Source of the DNA: a virus
Length of the DNA stretch: 64,000 bases
Virus record (IMG/VR): IMGVR_UViG_3300044611_002466
Location: 96,001-160,000 of that record
Reading direction: 5' to 3' (one strand)
The notes beneath the pieces were generated by a model. That model saw nothing but the letters and a program-made list of their open reading frames with translations, did not search any database and was not told where the DNA came from. The position numbers and the translations under genes are program-made. Shown piece by piece: positions 17,993 to 26,512 of the stretch; within the stretch, counting starts at the first letter, position 1, and each line of letters starts with the position of its first letter.

Positions 17993-18076
17993 CTCTCGAG
18001 GTTCTTATGCCCCATTCCATCGCATTTCACGGGGCTAAGAGACAGAGCCCGTCTTGACGACGAGCCCTGTCAGTAC

Positions 18077-18634
18077 TCACCCCCCGCGAGGAACGGCGTC
18101 GAACTGCACCAGCCTGTGTACGCTGAAGCATCGACCTTCGTGGCCGGGCTCGAGATTGCAGGCCAGGGCGCGCTCGTCATCGACCCCGCAGCAGTACACC
18201 CGCACACGCAGTCCTACCTCGGCGCGTATCGAGACCCGTGCTCCCTCGGGAGTGTTCGCGCGCAGCCACTCACGGAAGGACGCCTCCAGCGCGGCCTCCA
18301 TGTCTTTCGCAGGGACGTCCGCCGCGACCGCAGGACGGCTGTTGAGTTGCCCTTGAAGTCGCTCGACCTCCTCCACCAGAGCCTGCACGTCGTGCGGAGC
18401 GGTGTGAACGTAGCTCGACCACGCCCTGGCCCTGCTGAGCCGAGCCGCCTCTGCGGGGCAGTCCTTCTGGTGCCACCAGGGGTGGCCATAGCGGCAGCCA
18501 CAGGCCACGCAGACGCCTTCCCCCTTGGGCCGCCCAGGCAGCACCCTGAGCTTGGGCTGGCCTTCGTCGAGGTACTCGGAGGGCCCGATGGAGGCCAGCC
18601 GCGCCTTAATCTCGTCGAGGTTGAAGTCAGCCAT
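18077..18634 (-). CDS. Hypothetical protein (CxxC/H motifs)
   Basis: ATG at 18634 overlaps the upstream stop; CVACGC..HQKDC. Confidence 0.55.
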   Translation of the reverse strand: MADFNLDEIKARLASIGPSEYLDEGQPKLRVLPGRPKGEGVCVACGCRYGHPWWHQKDCPAEAARLSRARAWSSYVHTAPHDVQALVEEVERLQGQLNSRPAVAADVPAKDMEAALEASFREWLRANTPEGARVSIRAEVGLRVRVYCCGVDDERALACNLEPGHEGRCFSVHRLVQFDAVPRGG

Positions 18635-19077
18635 CAGCTGATTTCGTCGACGAAGAGAGCGACGTCGAGCGCCCCCGGCACGAGCTCCACGCGGGACGTG
18701 CCCTCGGTGATCTCGATGATGTCGACGTACACCACCCCGATCCGCGGGCTCACCGTCCGGACGAAGAGCATGCCGTCGATCTCCTGCGCCCAGAGCGGCA
18801 TGTTCAGTTTGTTCCACATGGGGGCGTCCCCTCCCGCCCAGATCCGGATAGGGAGCTTGCTCGAGCTCTTCGACTCGCCCGGCACCCTGGCGCACATGTT
18901 GAAGCCCCTCGGCATCCCCAGCGCGAGGGTGTGGCGGAAGTCCATCGTCGTCCCGCACACGTGACTGTCGCAGCTGAGGCCATATGCCGTGCTCGGCTTG
19001 TACTCCCCGCAGTCCGTATTGCTGCCGCACACGCAGCCGGGACACACGTACTTCTCAAGAATCGACTTCGCGTCCAT
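18634..19077 (-). CDS. Cys-rich hypothetical protein
   Basis: CPGCVCGSNTDC..CDSHVCGT. Confidence 0.6.
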   Translation of the reverse strand: MDAKSILEKYVCPGCVCGSNTDCGEYKPSTAYGLSCDSHVCGTTMDFRHTLALGMPRGFNMCARVPGESKSSSKLPIRIWAGGDAPMWNKLNMPLWAQEIDGMLFVRTVSPRIGVVYVDIIEITEGTSRVELVPGALDVALFVDEIS

Positions 19078-19562
19078 CAGGTCTTCTCCTTGGGTGGCGC
19101 ACTCTGCGCCTGTTGTTGTATTCGGGCTTGCTCGCGGAACTCCTCTGTGGTGAAGAGGTAGTACCCGTTGTGGACCAGCACGTTCGGGGTCGACCCCCAG
19201 GTGGCTGGGATCCAGTCTTCGCGCGGGTCGAGGCGACCGGCGTCAAACTCGCGGTCTTGGTAAGAGGCGCACGACTCGCCCACTTCACGCACCACAAGCT
19301 CGCCAAGGACGTTGACGATCTCGTAGATCATGCCCGCCTTCAGCAGGCCCTGGACGTTCTTGCCCAGGATGAGCTGACCGTCCGAGCGCACGGCCAGGCG
19401 CGCGACCGCAGCCTCTTGGCCCTTGGCCGGGGCGCGCTGACTCCCTCCACACGCCGGGCAGGTCTCCCAGCCGCGGCCCCAGCCGATGAACACCATGCCG
19501 GCTGGATGGTTGACCTCACCCGCCCTCGGTGCACAGCTCTGACACTGCCCTTTGTCCTTCAT
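19077..19562 (-). CDS. Hypothetical protein with CxxC..CxxCxG motif
   Basis: CQSC..CPACGGS. Confidence 0.55.
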   Translation of the reverse strand: MKDKGQCQSCAPRAGEVNHPAGMVFIGWGRGWETCPACGGSQRAPAKGQEAAVARLAVRSDGQLILGKNVQGLLKAGMIYEIVNVLGELVVREVGESCASYQDREFDAGRLDPREDWIPATWGSTPNVLVHNGYYLFTTEEFREQARIQQQAQSAPPKEKT

Positions 19563-19572
19563 AGTGACCCCC

Positions 19573-19929
19573 TCAATACATGATCTGGCGCCAAGCGCGC
19601 TCGGCCGTGAGACGGGAGAGCGCGTCCTTCTGGTGTTCATGGTGCAGCGCCTTCACCGCATTGGCCCGCGCCACCTCCCAGGTCTGGCTGAACAGCTCCT
19701 TGCCGTGCATCCTGAGCAGGGCACGGCTGTTCTCGGGCGTGGCGATCTCGGGAGGCAGCTCCGCCTTCGCGAGCAGCTGCATGACGGCCTCTCGAGCCGA
19801 ACTCGGGTCTACGACCTCTCCGTGGTTCTCGTAGTGTGCGGCGATCAGACGAATCACTGCCCACCCCGCCATCACGCCCACGAACCGCTCGAAGGTCTTG
19901 ACATCCCGCAGGATCTCTTCGTTCATCAT
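19573..19929 (-). CDS. Hypothetical helical protein
   Basis: Coupled ORF. Confidence 0.55.
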   Translation of the reverse strand: MMNEEILRDVKTFERFVGVMAGWAVIRLIAAHYENHGEVVDPSSAREAVMQLLAKAELPPEIATPENSRALLRMHGKELFSQTWEVARANAVKALHHEHQKDALSRLTAERAWRQIMY

Positions 19930-20189
19930 CGTACCGCCTCGAACGTGCCTTTCACTCGGTGGACCTGTATGGTACGCGACAGCAGATGCACCTTGCCGTT
20001 GTCGATACTGACGACGAGCCGCAGCTCCTTGGTGATGATGTCGTTGAGGCCCTTCACGCTCTCCGGGTTCAACGGCATGTAGATCCGGTTTGCTTCCTCG
20101 CGTACATTCACATGCTGCAGCCTAAACGTGTCTCCATCGTCAAGATCGCTGAGCAGGAGTCCGGGGTTTGTCTTGAAGGTGACGTCCAT
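19926..20189 (-). CDS. Hypothetical protein
   Basis: GAGGAAGG RBS, TAATG overlap. Confidence 0.55.
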   Translation of the reverse strand: MDVTFKTNPGLLLSDLDDGDTFRLQHVNVREEANRIYMPLNPESVKGLNDIITKELRLVVSIDNGKVHLLSRTIQVHRVKGTFEAVR

Positions 20190-20431
20190 TAGTCCTTCCT
20201 CTTGGTGGTCTTCTCTTCGGTCTCGGCCCACAGCTCCTCGAGCTTGTGGCGCAGGGGGATGTCACAGCCCTTGTTCATGGGCTCGATCTTCATGATGAGG
20301 CCATCGCCTCGGGAGGGGACGAGCACACCTCTGGCGATGAAGCCGTAGTTCTCTTCCTTCAGGTACTTGCGGAGGTTCGAGTCCTCGATGATCAAGTACT
20401 TCGGCCCCTCTTCTCCGCTTTCGTCCGTCAT
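20189..20431 (-). CDS. Hypothetical protein
   Basis: ATGA-coupled start at 20431. Confidence 0.5.
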   Translation of the reverse strand: MTDESGEEGPKYLIIEDSNLRKYLKEENYGFIARGVLVPSRGDGLIMKIEPMNKGCDIPLRHKLEELWAETEEKTTKRKD

Positions 20432-20733
20432 GACGACACCCCCGCAGCTTCGCACAGAGCGTCCCAGCTGGCGTCGAACATGTGACTCGCGTCCAGGCGG
20501 CGGTACGCCTGGCGCATCTTGCTCTCGTTGGGAGCGTACATCTTGCGCGCCTGCTCGTCTGTGGCGAGCACGAACTGTGCGCAGGAACAGCTGGCGTTCA
20601 GGCACTGTCGCTCAGTCTGCGGACTCGGCATGTTCTTGATGTGATCGACGTACGCGTGCCCGCAGGCACACATCGACACGCCCATAGGAGCGCCGTTGTC
20701 CGCGATGGGGTTCCTCTTCAGCTTCGGCATCAC
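20428..20733 (-). CDS. Cys-rich hypothetical protein
   Basis: CACGHAYVDH..CLNASCSC; GNCATAAG box at 20749 and GGAGGTGA RBS. Confidence 0.6.
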   Translation of the reverse strand: MMPKLKRNPIADNGAPMGVSMCACGHAYVDHIKNMPSPQTERQCLNASCSCAQFVLATDEQARKMYAPNESKMRQAYRRLDASHMFDASWDALCEAAGVSS

Positions 20734-20808
20734 TTCACCTCCGTGATGCTTATGACCGTGAGTTTCACAGGGTTAATGAACAGAGCCCGCCACGGGTTGT
20801 TCAAGCAC

Positions 20809-21357
20809 TCAGCCCTTCTTCGCCGTCCGCGCGTGGTTCTCCACGTGCGCGTGGAAGCAGCGGGCGTGCTCTTCTTGCATGAACAGGGCCCAGGAGACCT
20901 TCATCCCGCGGTCGTCCGTTCCTCCTCTGCTCTGCTTCGAGTAGGCCCACCATCCGTCGGTGGGCCGTGGCCGCATGTCATCCCCCGCGCCCAGCCGCTG
21001 CCGAAGGTAGAGGGGCTCGCAGAAGCGGTAGAGCGGGTGCTCCTTCAGCTGGTCCTCGATGAGGTCCTCGGCCTCCCGCCGCTGGTCGGGCATCCCCACG
21101 TACCAGAGCTCCTGGACGATCTTGCTCTCCGCCGGCAGAGAGATCTTGTCCACGATCAGGTTCTCGAGCTCCCGGGCAAGCGCGTCCATCTGAGCGCCGA
21201 CCGTGCCGAACTCGAACTCCGCAGCACCCATCCACTCGATCTCGAAGTTCTGCCCGAGTCGGCCCTTGTAGCGGTTGTCCGGCTCCTCGCGCCACGTCAG
21301 GCGCTGTACCAAGTAGGGCCGTGCAGTCGTTGTCGTCATCGCAGCTCCCATGCTCAT
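20809..21357 (-). CDS. Phage hypothetical protein (MGxAEFEFG motif)
   Basis: IEWMGAAEFEFG resembles a motif recurrent in phage hypotheticals. Confidence 0.65.
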   Translation of the reverse strand: MSMGAAMTTTTARPYLVQRLTWREEPDNRYKGRLGQNFEIEWMGAAEFEFGTVGAQMDALARELENLIVDKISLPAESKIVQELWYVGMPDQRREAEDLIEDQLKEHPLYRFCEPLYLRQRLGAGDDMRPRPTDGWWAYSKQSRGGTDDRGMKVSWALFMQEEHARCFHAHVENHARTAKKG

Positions 21358-21396
21358 GAAGAGGCCACTATGGCCTCGTTGTTGAAGTCGAAGGCG

Positions 21397-21723
21397 TTAC
21401 TGCTCTTCAAGGACGATGCCGAGGTCTTCTCCGCACAGCGCGGCTACCTCAGCAACCGCGGCCCACCAGCACGCACGATCTTCGTCGTCTTGCTCAGTCG
21501 GTTTGAGCCAATACCGCGCCCAGTCCGGCATGGCCTTTTCGTGCGGAGTGGGCATCCGTATGCGCCCGTAACCATCGGCATCTTCTCGCCGACCACACTC
21601 CTTGCACTTCGCGTAGAACTCGATGTTGTAGCCGAACGTGGCGTGGTCGTCGGCATACTGCTCACTGCCCTGCTCCCACACACCGCTGCACTCCACAGTG
21701 CGAAACCCGACGTGCCTGGTCAT
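21397..21723 (-). CDS. Hypothetical protein (CKEC)
   Basis: 108 aa ORF in operon orientation. Confidence 0.55.
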   Translation of the reverse strand: MTRHVGFRTVECSGVWEQGSEQYADDHATFGYNIEFYAKCKECGRREDADGYGRIRMPTPHEKAMPDWARYWLKPTEQDDEDRACWWAAVAEVAALCGEDLGIVLEEQ

Positions 21724-21729
21724 CTCGCC

Positions 21730-22041
21730 CTACCAGACGTGCACGTGGTACCAGCGCTCCTCGCGCTTACCGTTGGCGAAGGTGATGTGACAGCGCTGCA
21801 CCACCTTCGGCTTCCACAACCGTCCTTCCTGGGTCAAACGACGAAGAAGCTCGAGCATGTGCATGCCGCGCGTCTCGCTAAGACGAGGCTCATCGTGCTT
21901 CCCGAACTGCGCGCGCTCCTCCTCTGACAGCAGATGCAGAACGTCGCCGCCCGACATGCCTCCATCAGAGTGCTTGCGCTCGCCGTGTTGAACGAGGAAC
22001 AAGACACGCTCTTCCATGCCACTCTCGATACCACCCATCAT
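21730..22041 (-). CDS. Hypothetical, possible winged-helix protein
   Basis: GAGGTGA RBS; helix-helix-wing pattern (LRRLTQEGRLWK). Confidence 0.5.
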   Translation of the reverse strand: MMGGIESGMEERVLFLVQHGERKHSDGGMSGGDVLHLLSEEERAQFGKHDEPRLSETRGMHMLELLRRLTQEGRLWKPKVVQRCHITFANGKREERWYHVHVW

Positions 22042-22259
22042 TCACCTCGGTTGTTGGGGACGATCATGCCTGTCGGCTGAGATTCTCCACTCGTATCCGA
22101 AACGCGCAGTGCTCACAGGGCTCCACGTCTGGATGGCCCAGCAGCTTTGCGCAGTACCACTCTGGCGTGGGTCGGATGTCTGCCGCAGAAGAGCTGCAGT
22201 TCCCAGGTGGCGGAAGATGCACCCGGATGTGCATGTCGATGGAGCGAGAACCGCGCCGG

Positions 22260-23321
22260 TCAACGCCCATCGGGCTTTCGCGGCAGCACGAAGCCACGGT
22301 TGCCGAGTCCCTCCCAGCCCATGGGAACGCCATTGGCGTCGAACCACGTCCTCGTCTCATGCGGGAAGAGTCCGTTGTTGTACTCGTGGGTTCCTTCCGG
22401 CCACGTCTGCCGGCACACATGCGCGAGCATGCCGAAGGGATGGGCGTCGGTGATCAGGACACGCTCCCGACCACTCTCGTTCACCCGCTTGTTGTAGATG
22501 TCCACGACCTCGTTTCTGAGGAACAGCTCGAACGTGAGGGCTCGTGCCGCAACGCGTCTGAGCCACTCGATCGTTTGCGGTCCCTGCACCCGCGGCCACT
22601 TGGTCTTCGCGGAGTCTCCCTCCCCACGCACCCACTGCGTCCAGTACTCGACCATCGCATCCACCGCATCCTTGCGCGTCCACACGTCGGTGGACATGAC
22701 GTTGAACACAGCGGCGACTTCACCACGTGGCACACGCGTGGGCGGGTCCAGCTCCTCGGCGGCTCGCAGCTTGTGCCGAATATCCATCTTGCAGCGCGAC
22801 ACGGTCGACGCTTGGATCTTCAGCAGCTCGGCGAGTCGCTGCGTGCACCCGCGCCCTGACAGGACCTCGTTGACGATGGTGCGCTCGACTTCGTCCAACT
22901 CGGGGAGGATTCGAGCCAGCCGCATCCCGATGTTCGTGTAGCCGCCTGAGCGCAGCGCCTCGTGCTCCCACAAGAGCGCCGTATCCGGAGCGTTCTTGAT
23001 GACGAAGCGGCGCAGCCCCCGCAGCTGCATGTGGATGTGCGTCCACAGCGTGCTGCGCCCAGGCACCCACGTCTCACACGCCACGTGAACCAGCTGCCAC
23101 GCGTACATGTTCAGACTGCTCTCTTCCACCCTGCTCGCCTTGTACTTTTCGATCTCCGCACCAACTCGCGCGGAGAAGTGCTCGACCAGCGCATCGGACA
23201 GCCCATCCTTCGTCACACTCCACACCCCCCAGACCGCAGCGTCATGCACATGCGCCAGAACGCGCGCCTTCTCTTCTTCCACTTCCATCTCTTCCACGAC
23301 CTGCTCTGACGACTGATACAT
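22260..23321 (-). CDS. Divergent sigma70-like protein (region 2 and region 4 HTH) with C-terminal extension
   Basis: AWQLVHVACETWVPGRSTLWTHIHMQLRGLRRF has 13/33 gapless identities to the sigma at 56493; LPELDEVERTIV..LAELLKIQASTVSRCKMDIRHKL is region-4-like. Confidence 0.55.
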   Translation of the reverse strand: MYQSSEQVVEEMEVEEEKARVLAHVHDAAVWGVWSVTKDGLSDALVEHFSARVGAEIEKYKASRVEESSLNMYAWQLVHVACETWVPGRSTLWTHIHMQLRGLRRFVIKNAPDTALLWEHEALRSGGYTNIGMRLARILPELDEVERTIVNEVLSGRGCTQRLAELLKIQASTVSRCKMDIRHKLRAAEELDPPTRVPRGEVAAVFNVMSTDVWTRKDAVDAMVEYWTQWVRGEGDSAKTKWPRVQGPQTIEWLRRVAARALTFELFLRNEVVDIYNKRVNESGRERVLITDAHPFGMLAHVCRQTWPEGTHEYNNGLFPHETRTWFDANGVPMGWEGLGNRGFVLPRKPDGR

Positions 23322-23337
23322 CTTCACCTCCGTCACC

Positions 23338-23345
23338 CTTATGAC
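23338..23345 (-). promoter_or_regulatory. GNCATAAG box upstream of the sigma-like gene
   Basis: GTCATAAG-GGTGACG-GAGGTGAAG-ATG. Confidence 0.65.
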
Positions 23346-23409
23346 GTGCATTCCTTGGAGCTAAGAACAGGGCCCCCTGTGAGGGGGATGTTCTTGCGTC
23401 ACGTAGGTC

Positions 23410-23712
23410 TCATTCTGCGTACAGCGAAAACACCCAGAGTCCGCCTTCATCGTCTTCGTGATACCGCCACTCCACGATGTCACAGCGCAGCACCAGAGTG
23501 CATTTCTGCGCAAACAGCTCGACCAACTCGTCGGTGGTCCAGTCCCCGCGCTCTCCATCCACGGTCCAATACGCGGCGTCGAGCTCTCCCTCTTCATCGT
23601 AGGTGGTGAAGTTGGAGAACTTTCCCATGTTCAGACGTTTGTTGACCAACGGGTACAGGTCGTTATCGTTGGAGAGCTTGGCCTTGCTGTCATCCGAAAA
23701 TACAACCAACAT
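23410..23712 (-). CDS. Acidic hypothetical protein
   Basis: ATG at 23712 after GAGGTGA RBS and the box at 23731; the track's longer N-terminus runs into non-coding DNA. Confidence 0.55.
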   Translation of the reverse strand: MLVVFSDDSKAKLSNDNDLYPLVNKRLNMGKFSNFTTYDEEGELDAAYWTVDGERGDWTTDELVELFAQKCTLVLRCDIVEWRYHEDDEGGLWVFSLYAE

Positions 23713-23739
23713 GATGTTCACCTCAATCTCCTTATGACC

Positions 23740-24660
23740 AACTACATCGACAAGTTCCGCAACAGCCGTAGTAGCAACGAATCGCCCAAGTCCTCGAAGC
23801 ACATGTACCCCCAGAGGGAGCAACCCATACCTGTGCAGGGAGTGTGCTGAGGGAGAGTGTGTAGATGGGAGGTGTGCGTGGTGTGAATGGTGGAAGGTGT
23901 ACATGTGCGACTGGTGGGTAGAATAGGGTAAACTACGTGTTGATGAGAAACGTAGATGGCCTCTTCTATGTGCGTTTACGCAAGAATAGCATGTATATAG
24001 CACTTCTTGTGTGTAAGAGTGGCATGTATGTGGCACTTCTTGCATATACGTGATGTCCTAAAAGTGCCTTTATTCTCACGAATACGCGCAATATAGTGTG
24101 TGGTAGACTTCGCGCGGTACCGATTTAGGGTCTTTTAAGACATGCGCTATTACGAGGACTCTTGTACATAGCCAATATGGCACTTCTTGCGCACAACACC
24201 GCTACGGGTTAATACGACGACGCCACCACGGGACGCCACCCCCTTGCGAGGGCTGCGTGGTGGGAGTTGGACCCACAGTTCGCCGTTAGCTCTTATGCGC
24301 GTAAATCATGGTGTTTTGCATGAATGCTGAAATGAGCGCAGATAACCCTAAAAGTGCACTAATCCTCGAAGTAGCGTGTAGGTCCTTAGGGCCAGAGGAA
24401 AGACATCTGGGTGGAAAAGGGGGCCACAGAGGTATCCAAGACCCCGGCACCATTTTGGTATCTCTTAAAACCGACACTTTCACAGGTATCCAAAACTCCA
24501 CCCATATTTTAGTCGTTCTTAAATGGCCCCTCCAGCTATCAATCTACGCACTCAGATATCCAAACCCTGGCATCATTTTGGTCGTTCTTAAAACAGCGTT
24601 AAGGACGCCCCCATTAGTTCCATCCCTAAAACAGGTCGTTTTAAGATGCGGGCTAAAAGG
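23740..24660. repeat. AT-rich non-coding island with two sets of direct repeats (candidate replication origin)
   Basis: GCATGTAT(A/G)T(A/G)GCACTTCTTG at 23989 and 24022, GCACTTCTTG again at 24180; three degenerate G(G/A)TATCCAA..ATTTT..CTTAAA units at 24431, 24485, 24555. Confidence 0.6.
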
Positions 24661-24691
24661 ACGTGCCCCCTGCGGAGCACACCCCGGATCC

Positions 24692-24937
24692 TCAGATCCA
24701 CTTGAGCCGTTCCGCGAGCCGCAGCCCGCAGAAGGTCAAGACCCCCCAGACCGCGAAGATGCCGGAAGCCTTCAAGCTGGCCACCACCGACTGCCACGCG
24801 GTCTGGTTCCAGACGTACTCGAAGGCGTCTGGGACCAGGAACCAGGCGACAACTGAGGGTGGTATGCACCAGAGCGTCCACCAAAGGTAGACCGGCGACA
24901 GGAGGGACGACACGGGAAGACATTGGTTCTTGGACAT
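24692..24937 (-). CDS. Small membrane protein (2 TM)
   Basis: Two hydrophobic stretches; box at 24955 and GAGGTGA RBS. Confidence 0.6.
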   Translation of the reverse strand: MSKNQCLPVSSLLSPVYLWWTLWCIPPSVVAWFLVPDAFEYVWNQTAWQSVVASLKASGIFAVWGVLTFCGLRLAERLKWI

Positions 24938-24972
24938 TGGTTCACCTCAACGTCCTTATGACCCTTTTGGCC

Positions 24973-25338
24973 CTACTCTTGCACCTGTACCTGGATCTTG
25001 AGGAAGTCCTTCGCGGGCATGACCCGCGAGAAGTGCTTGATGTTGGCGGCCCTGTTCGCCTCGTAGGTGCCAGTATCGGCCACCGAGCCGATACTCCACA
25101 TGCCCCGCCGGCGGTACGCATCGACCGCTTCCCGATCTCCGGTCCTGGGCGTGATTGGGAACACCTGCAGGACCTCGCGGCCGTACTTGCCAAAGACCAC
25201 GATACACCACTCATTGAGCGGCACGGAACCGCCATCCTCCTTGTCGCCGAGGGAACACAGGATGCCTCCCTCGTCGAACTTGTCCTCACCCGCTTCTTCG
25301 GCACCATCATCACTCTCGTTCAAGAACGGCATCTTCAC
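24973..25338 (-). CDS. Hypothetical protein
   Basis: Box at 25349 and GGAGGTGAAG RBS. Confidence 0.65.
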   Translation of the reverse strand: MKMPFLNESDDGAEEAGEDKFDEGGILCSLGDKEDGGSVPLNEWCIVVFGKYGREVLQVFPITPRTGDREAVDAYRRRGMWSIGSVADTGTYEANRAANIKHFSRVMPAKDFLKIQVQVQE

Positions 25339-25349
25339 CTCCGCTCTTC

Positions 25350-25835
25350 TTATGTCGATTTGACTACCACTCTTGCGGCCTCACCAGGTCGTAGTGCGTA
25401 CCCGCCATCGCGGAGCTCGGGCCACAGGTACGGAAGGTCGTTTGGGACGTCGGACCAGAACACGCCATAATGCCCCTGATCTTTGCGCAGCAGGTTTGAG
25501 CGGTGTGCGCGATGGAACCGCGCGTCCCCGAGCCACGGAGGTGCCGCCGACTCCACTTCAGGGAGGAGCTCGAGCCGTTGTCGGATCTTCTCCGCACAGG
25601 TGTCAGCGTACCCGCGCGCACTCCAGACCTCGCACACGACGAGCCCGTAGAAGCAGAGCGCGCGACGATGCCCGGACCACATGCGCGCCGCAGGATGATT
25701 GCGCCACCCGGCACCAGCGAAGCCGCCGAGTGCGTTGAGCAGCTGGAGGACTTCCACACGCTGCTTGCCCAAGCGCTGCCGGTCCAGGACAGCAGCAGAC
25801 TCGTCGAACGAGGGGTACGGAAGGAAGGTTTGCAT
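25350..25835 (-). CDS. Pyrimidine-dimer DNA glycosylase family protein (DenV/MSMEG_6728-like)
   Basis: MQTFLPYPSF..LDRQRLGKQRVE..GWRNHPAARMW..PPWLGD..HRAHRSNLLRKD. Confidence 0.9.
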   Translation of the reverse strand: MQTFLPYPSFDESAAVLDRQRLGKQRVEVLQLLNALGGFAGAGWRNHPAARMWSGHRRALCFYGLVVCEVWSARGYADTCAEKIRQRLELLPEVESAAPPWLGDARFHRAHRSNLLRKDQGHYGVFWSDVPNDLPYLWPELRDGGYALRPGEAARVVVKST

Positions 25836-25886
25836 GATAGGCCTCTAAGTACCCACTTATGGCCAAAATCAGCGATCGGGCTAAAA

Positions 25887-25920
25887 GGGGACCCACGGCA
25901 CAGTTGTGACGCGGGTCCCC
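25887..25920 (-). terminator. Hairpin with TTTTAGCCC tail
   Basis: GGGGACCC...GGGTCCCC stem after the stop at 25924. Confidence 0.6.
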
Positions 25921-25923
25921 GGC

Positions 25924-26175
25924 CTAATCCGAGGAGAAGCGCGTGTAGCTGGGGTCATCCCAGGGCCACACGTTCTCCCATCGACCGTCGTGCAGCATCG
26001 CCTCCTCCGTGTCGCAGTTGATCTGCCACGTCCGGAGCACGCGAAGCACGCACGAGTCACAGGTCATCTCCGACGGCTTCTTGGCCGCAGTCCGGCCCTC
26101 CTTGCCGCTGATGCGCACCCGACAGACGCACTTGTCGCCGTCGCCATGCGGATGCAGCGCATGTACGCTACCCAC
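25924..26175 (-). CDS. Cys-rich small hypothetical protein
   Basis: CVCRVR..CDSCV..C. Confidence 0.5.
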   Translation of the reverse strand: MGSVHALHPHGDGDKCVCRVRISGKEGRTAAKKPSEMTCDSCVLRVLRTWQINCDTEEAMLHDGRWENVWPWDDPSYTRFSSD

Positions 26176-26512
26176 CGAGCATCCTCAGGTAGTTCTCCCA
26201 GGTCACGCCTTCCGGCGTCTCCACATCGGCCTTGAACTTGAGGAAGGGCAGGGGCCCCTCGAAGTGGGCGAACTCGTCGAGCCGCGGCGGTTCGACGAGC
26301 GCCCTCATGCTCTCCACCTCCTTCGGCCCGAGGAGCGCGTTGTGACTCGAGTAGAAGGAGTGCATGTAGGGAGTCGACAAGGCCGTGTTCCAGTCCCAGA
26401 CACGACGTGCGGCCGCCGCCGGCGTGTCCCAGCCCAGGAGGACCAGGAACGCGACGGGGCTGACCGCGAGGCGGAAGCCCTCCCGACCCCAGTACCAGTG
26501 CGCCGACCTCAC
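26168..26512 (-). CDS. Hypothetical protein
   Basis: GTGA-coupled start at 26512. Confidence 0.5.
   Translation of the reverse strand: MRSAHWYWGREGFRLAVSPVAFLVLLGWDTPAAAARRVWDWNTALSTPYMHSFYSSHNALLGPKEVESMRALVEPPRLDEFAHFEGPLPFLKFKADVETPEGVTWENYLRMLGG

Noticed and set aside
24431-24645. Possible mini-CRISPR array
   Set aside because: Units are degenerate, irregularly spaced, not palindromic and have no clean repeat/spacer boundary; no cas genes in the window.
24286-24856. ORFs inside the AT-rich island (24286-24501, 24308-24856, and the N-terminal part of 23410-24045)
   Set aside because: Composition unlike the phage's GC3-rich genes, no SD, and their apparent peptide repeats simply reflect the DNA repeats.
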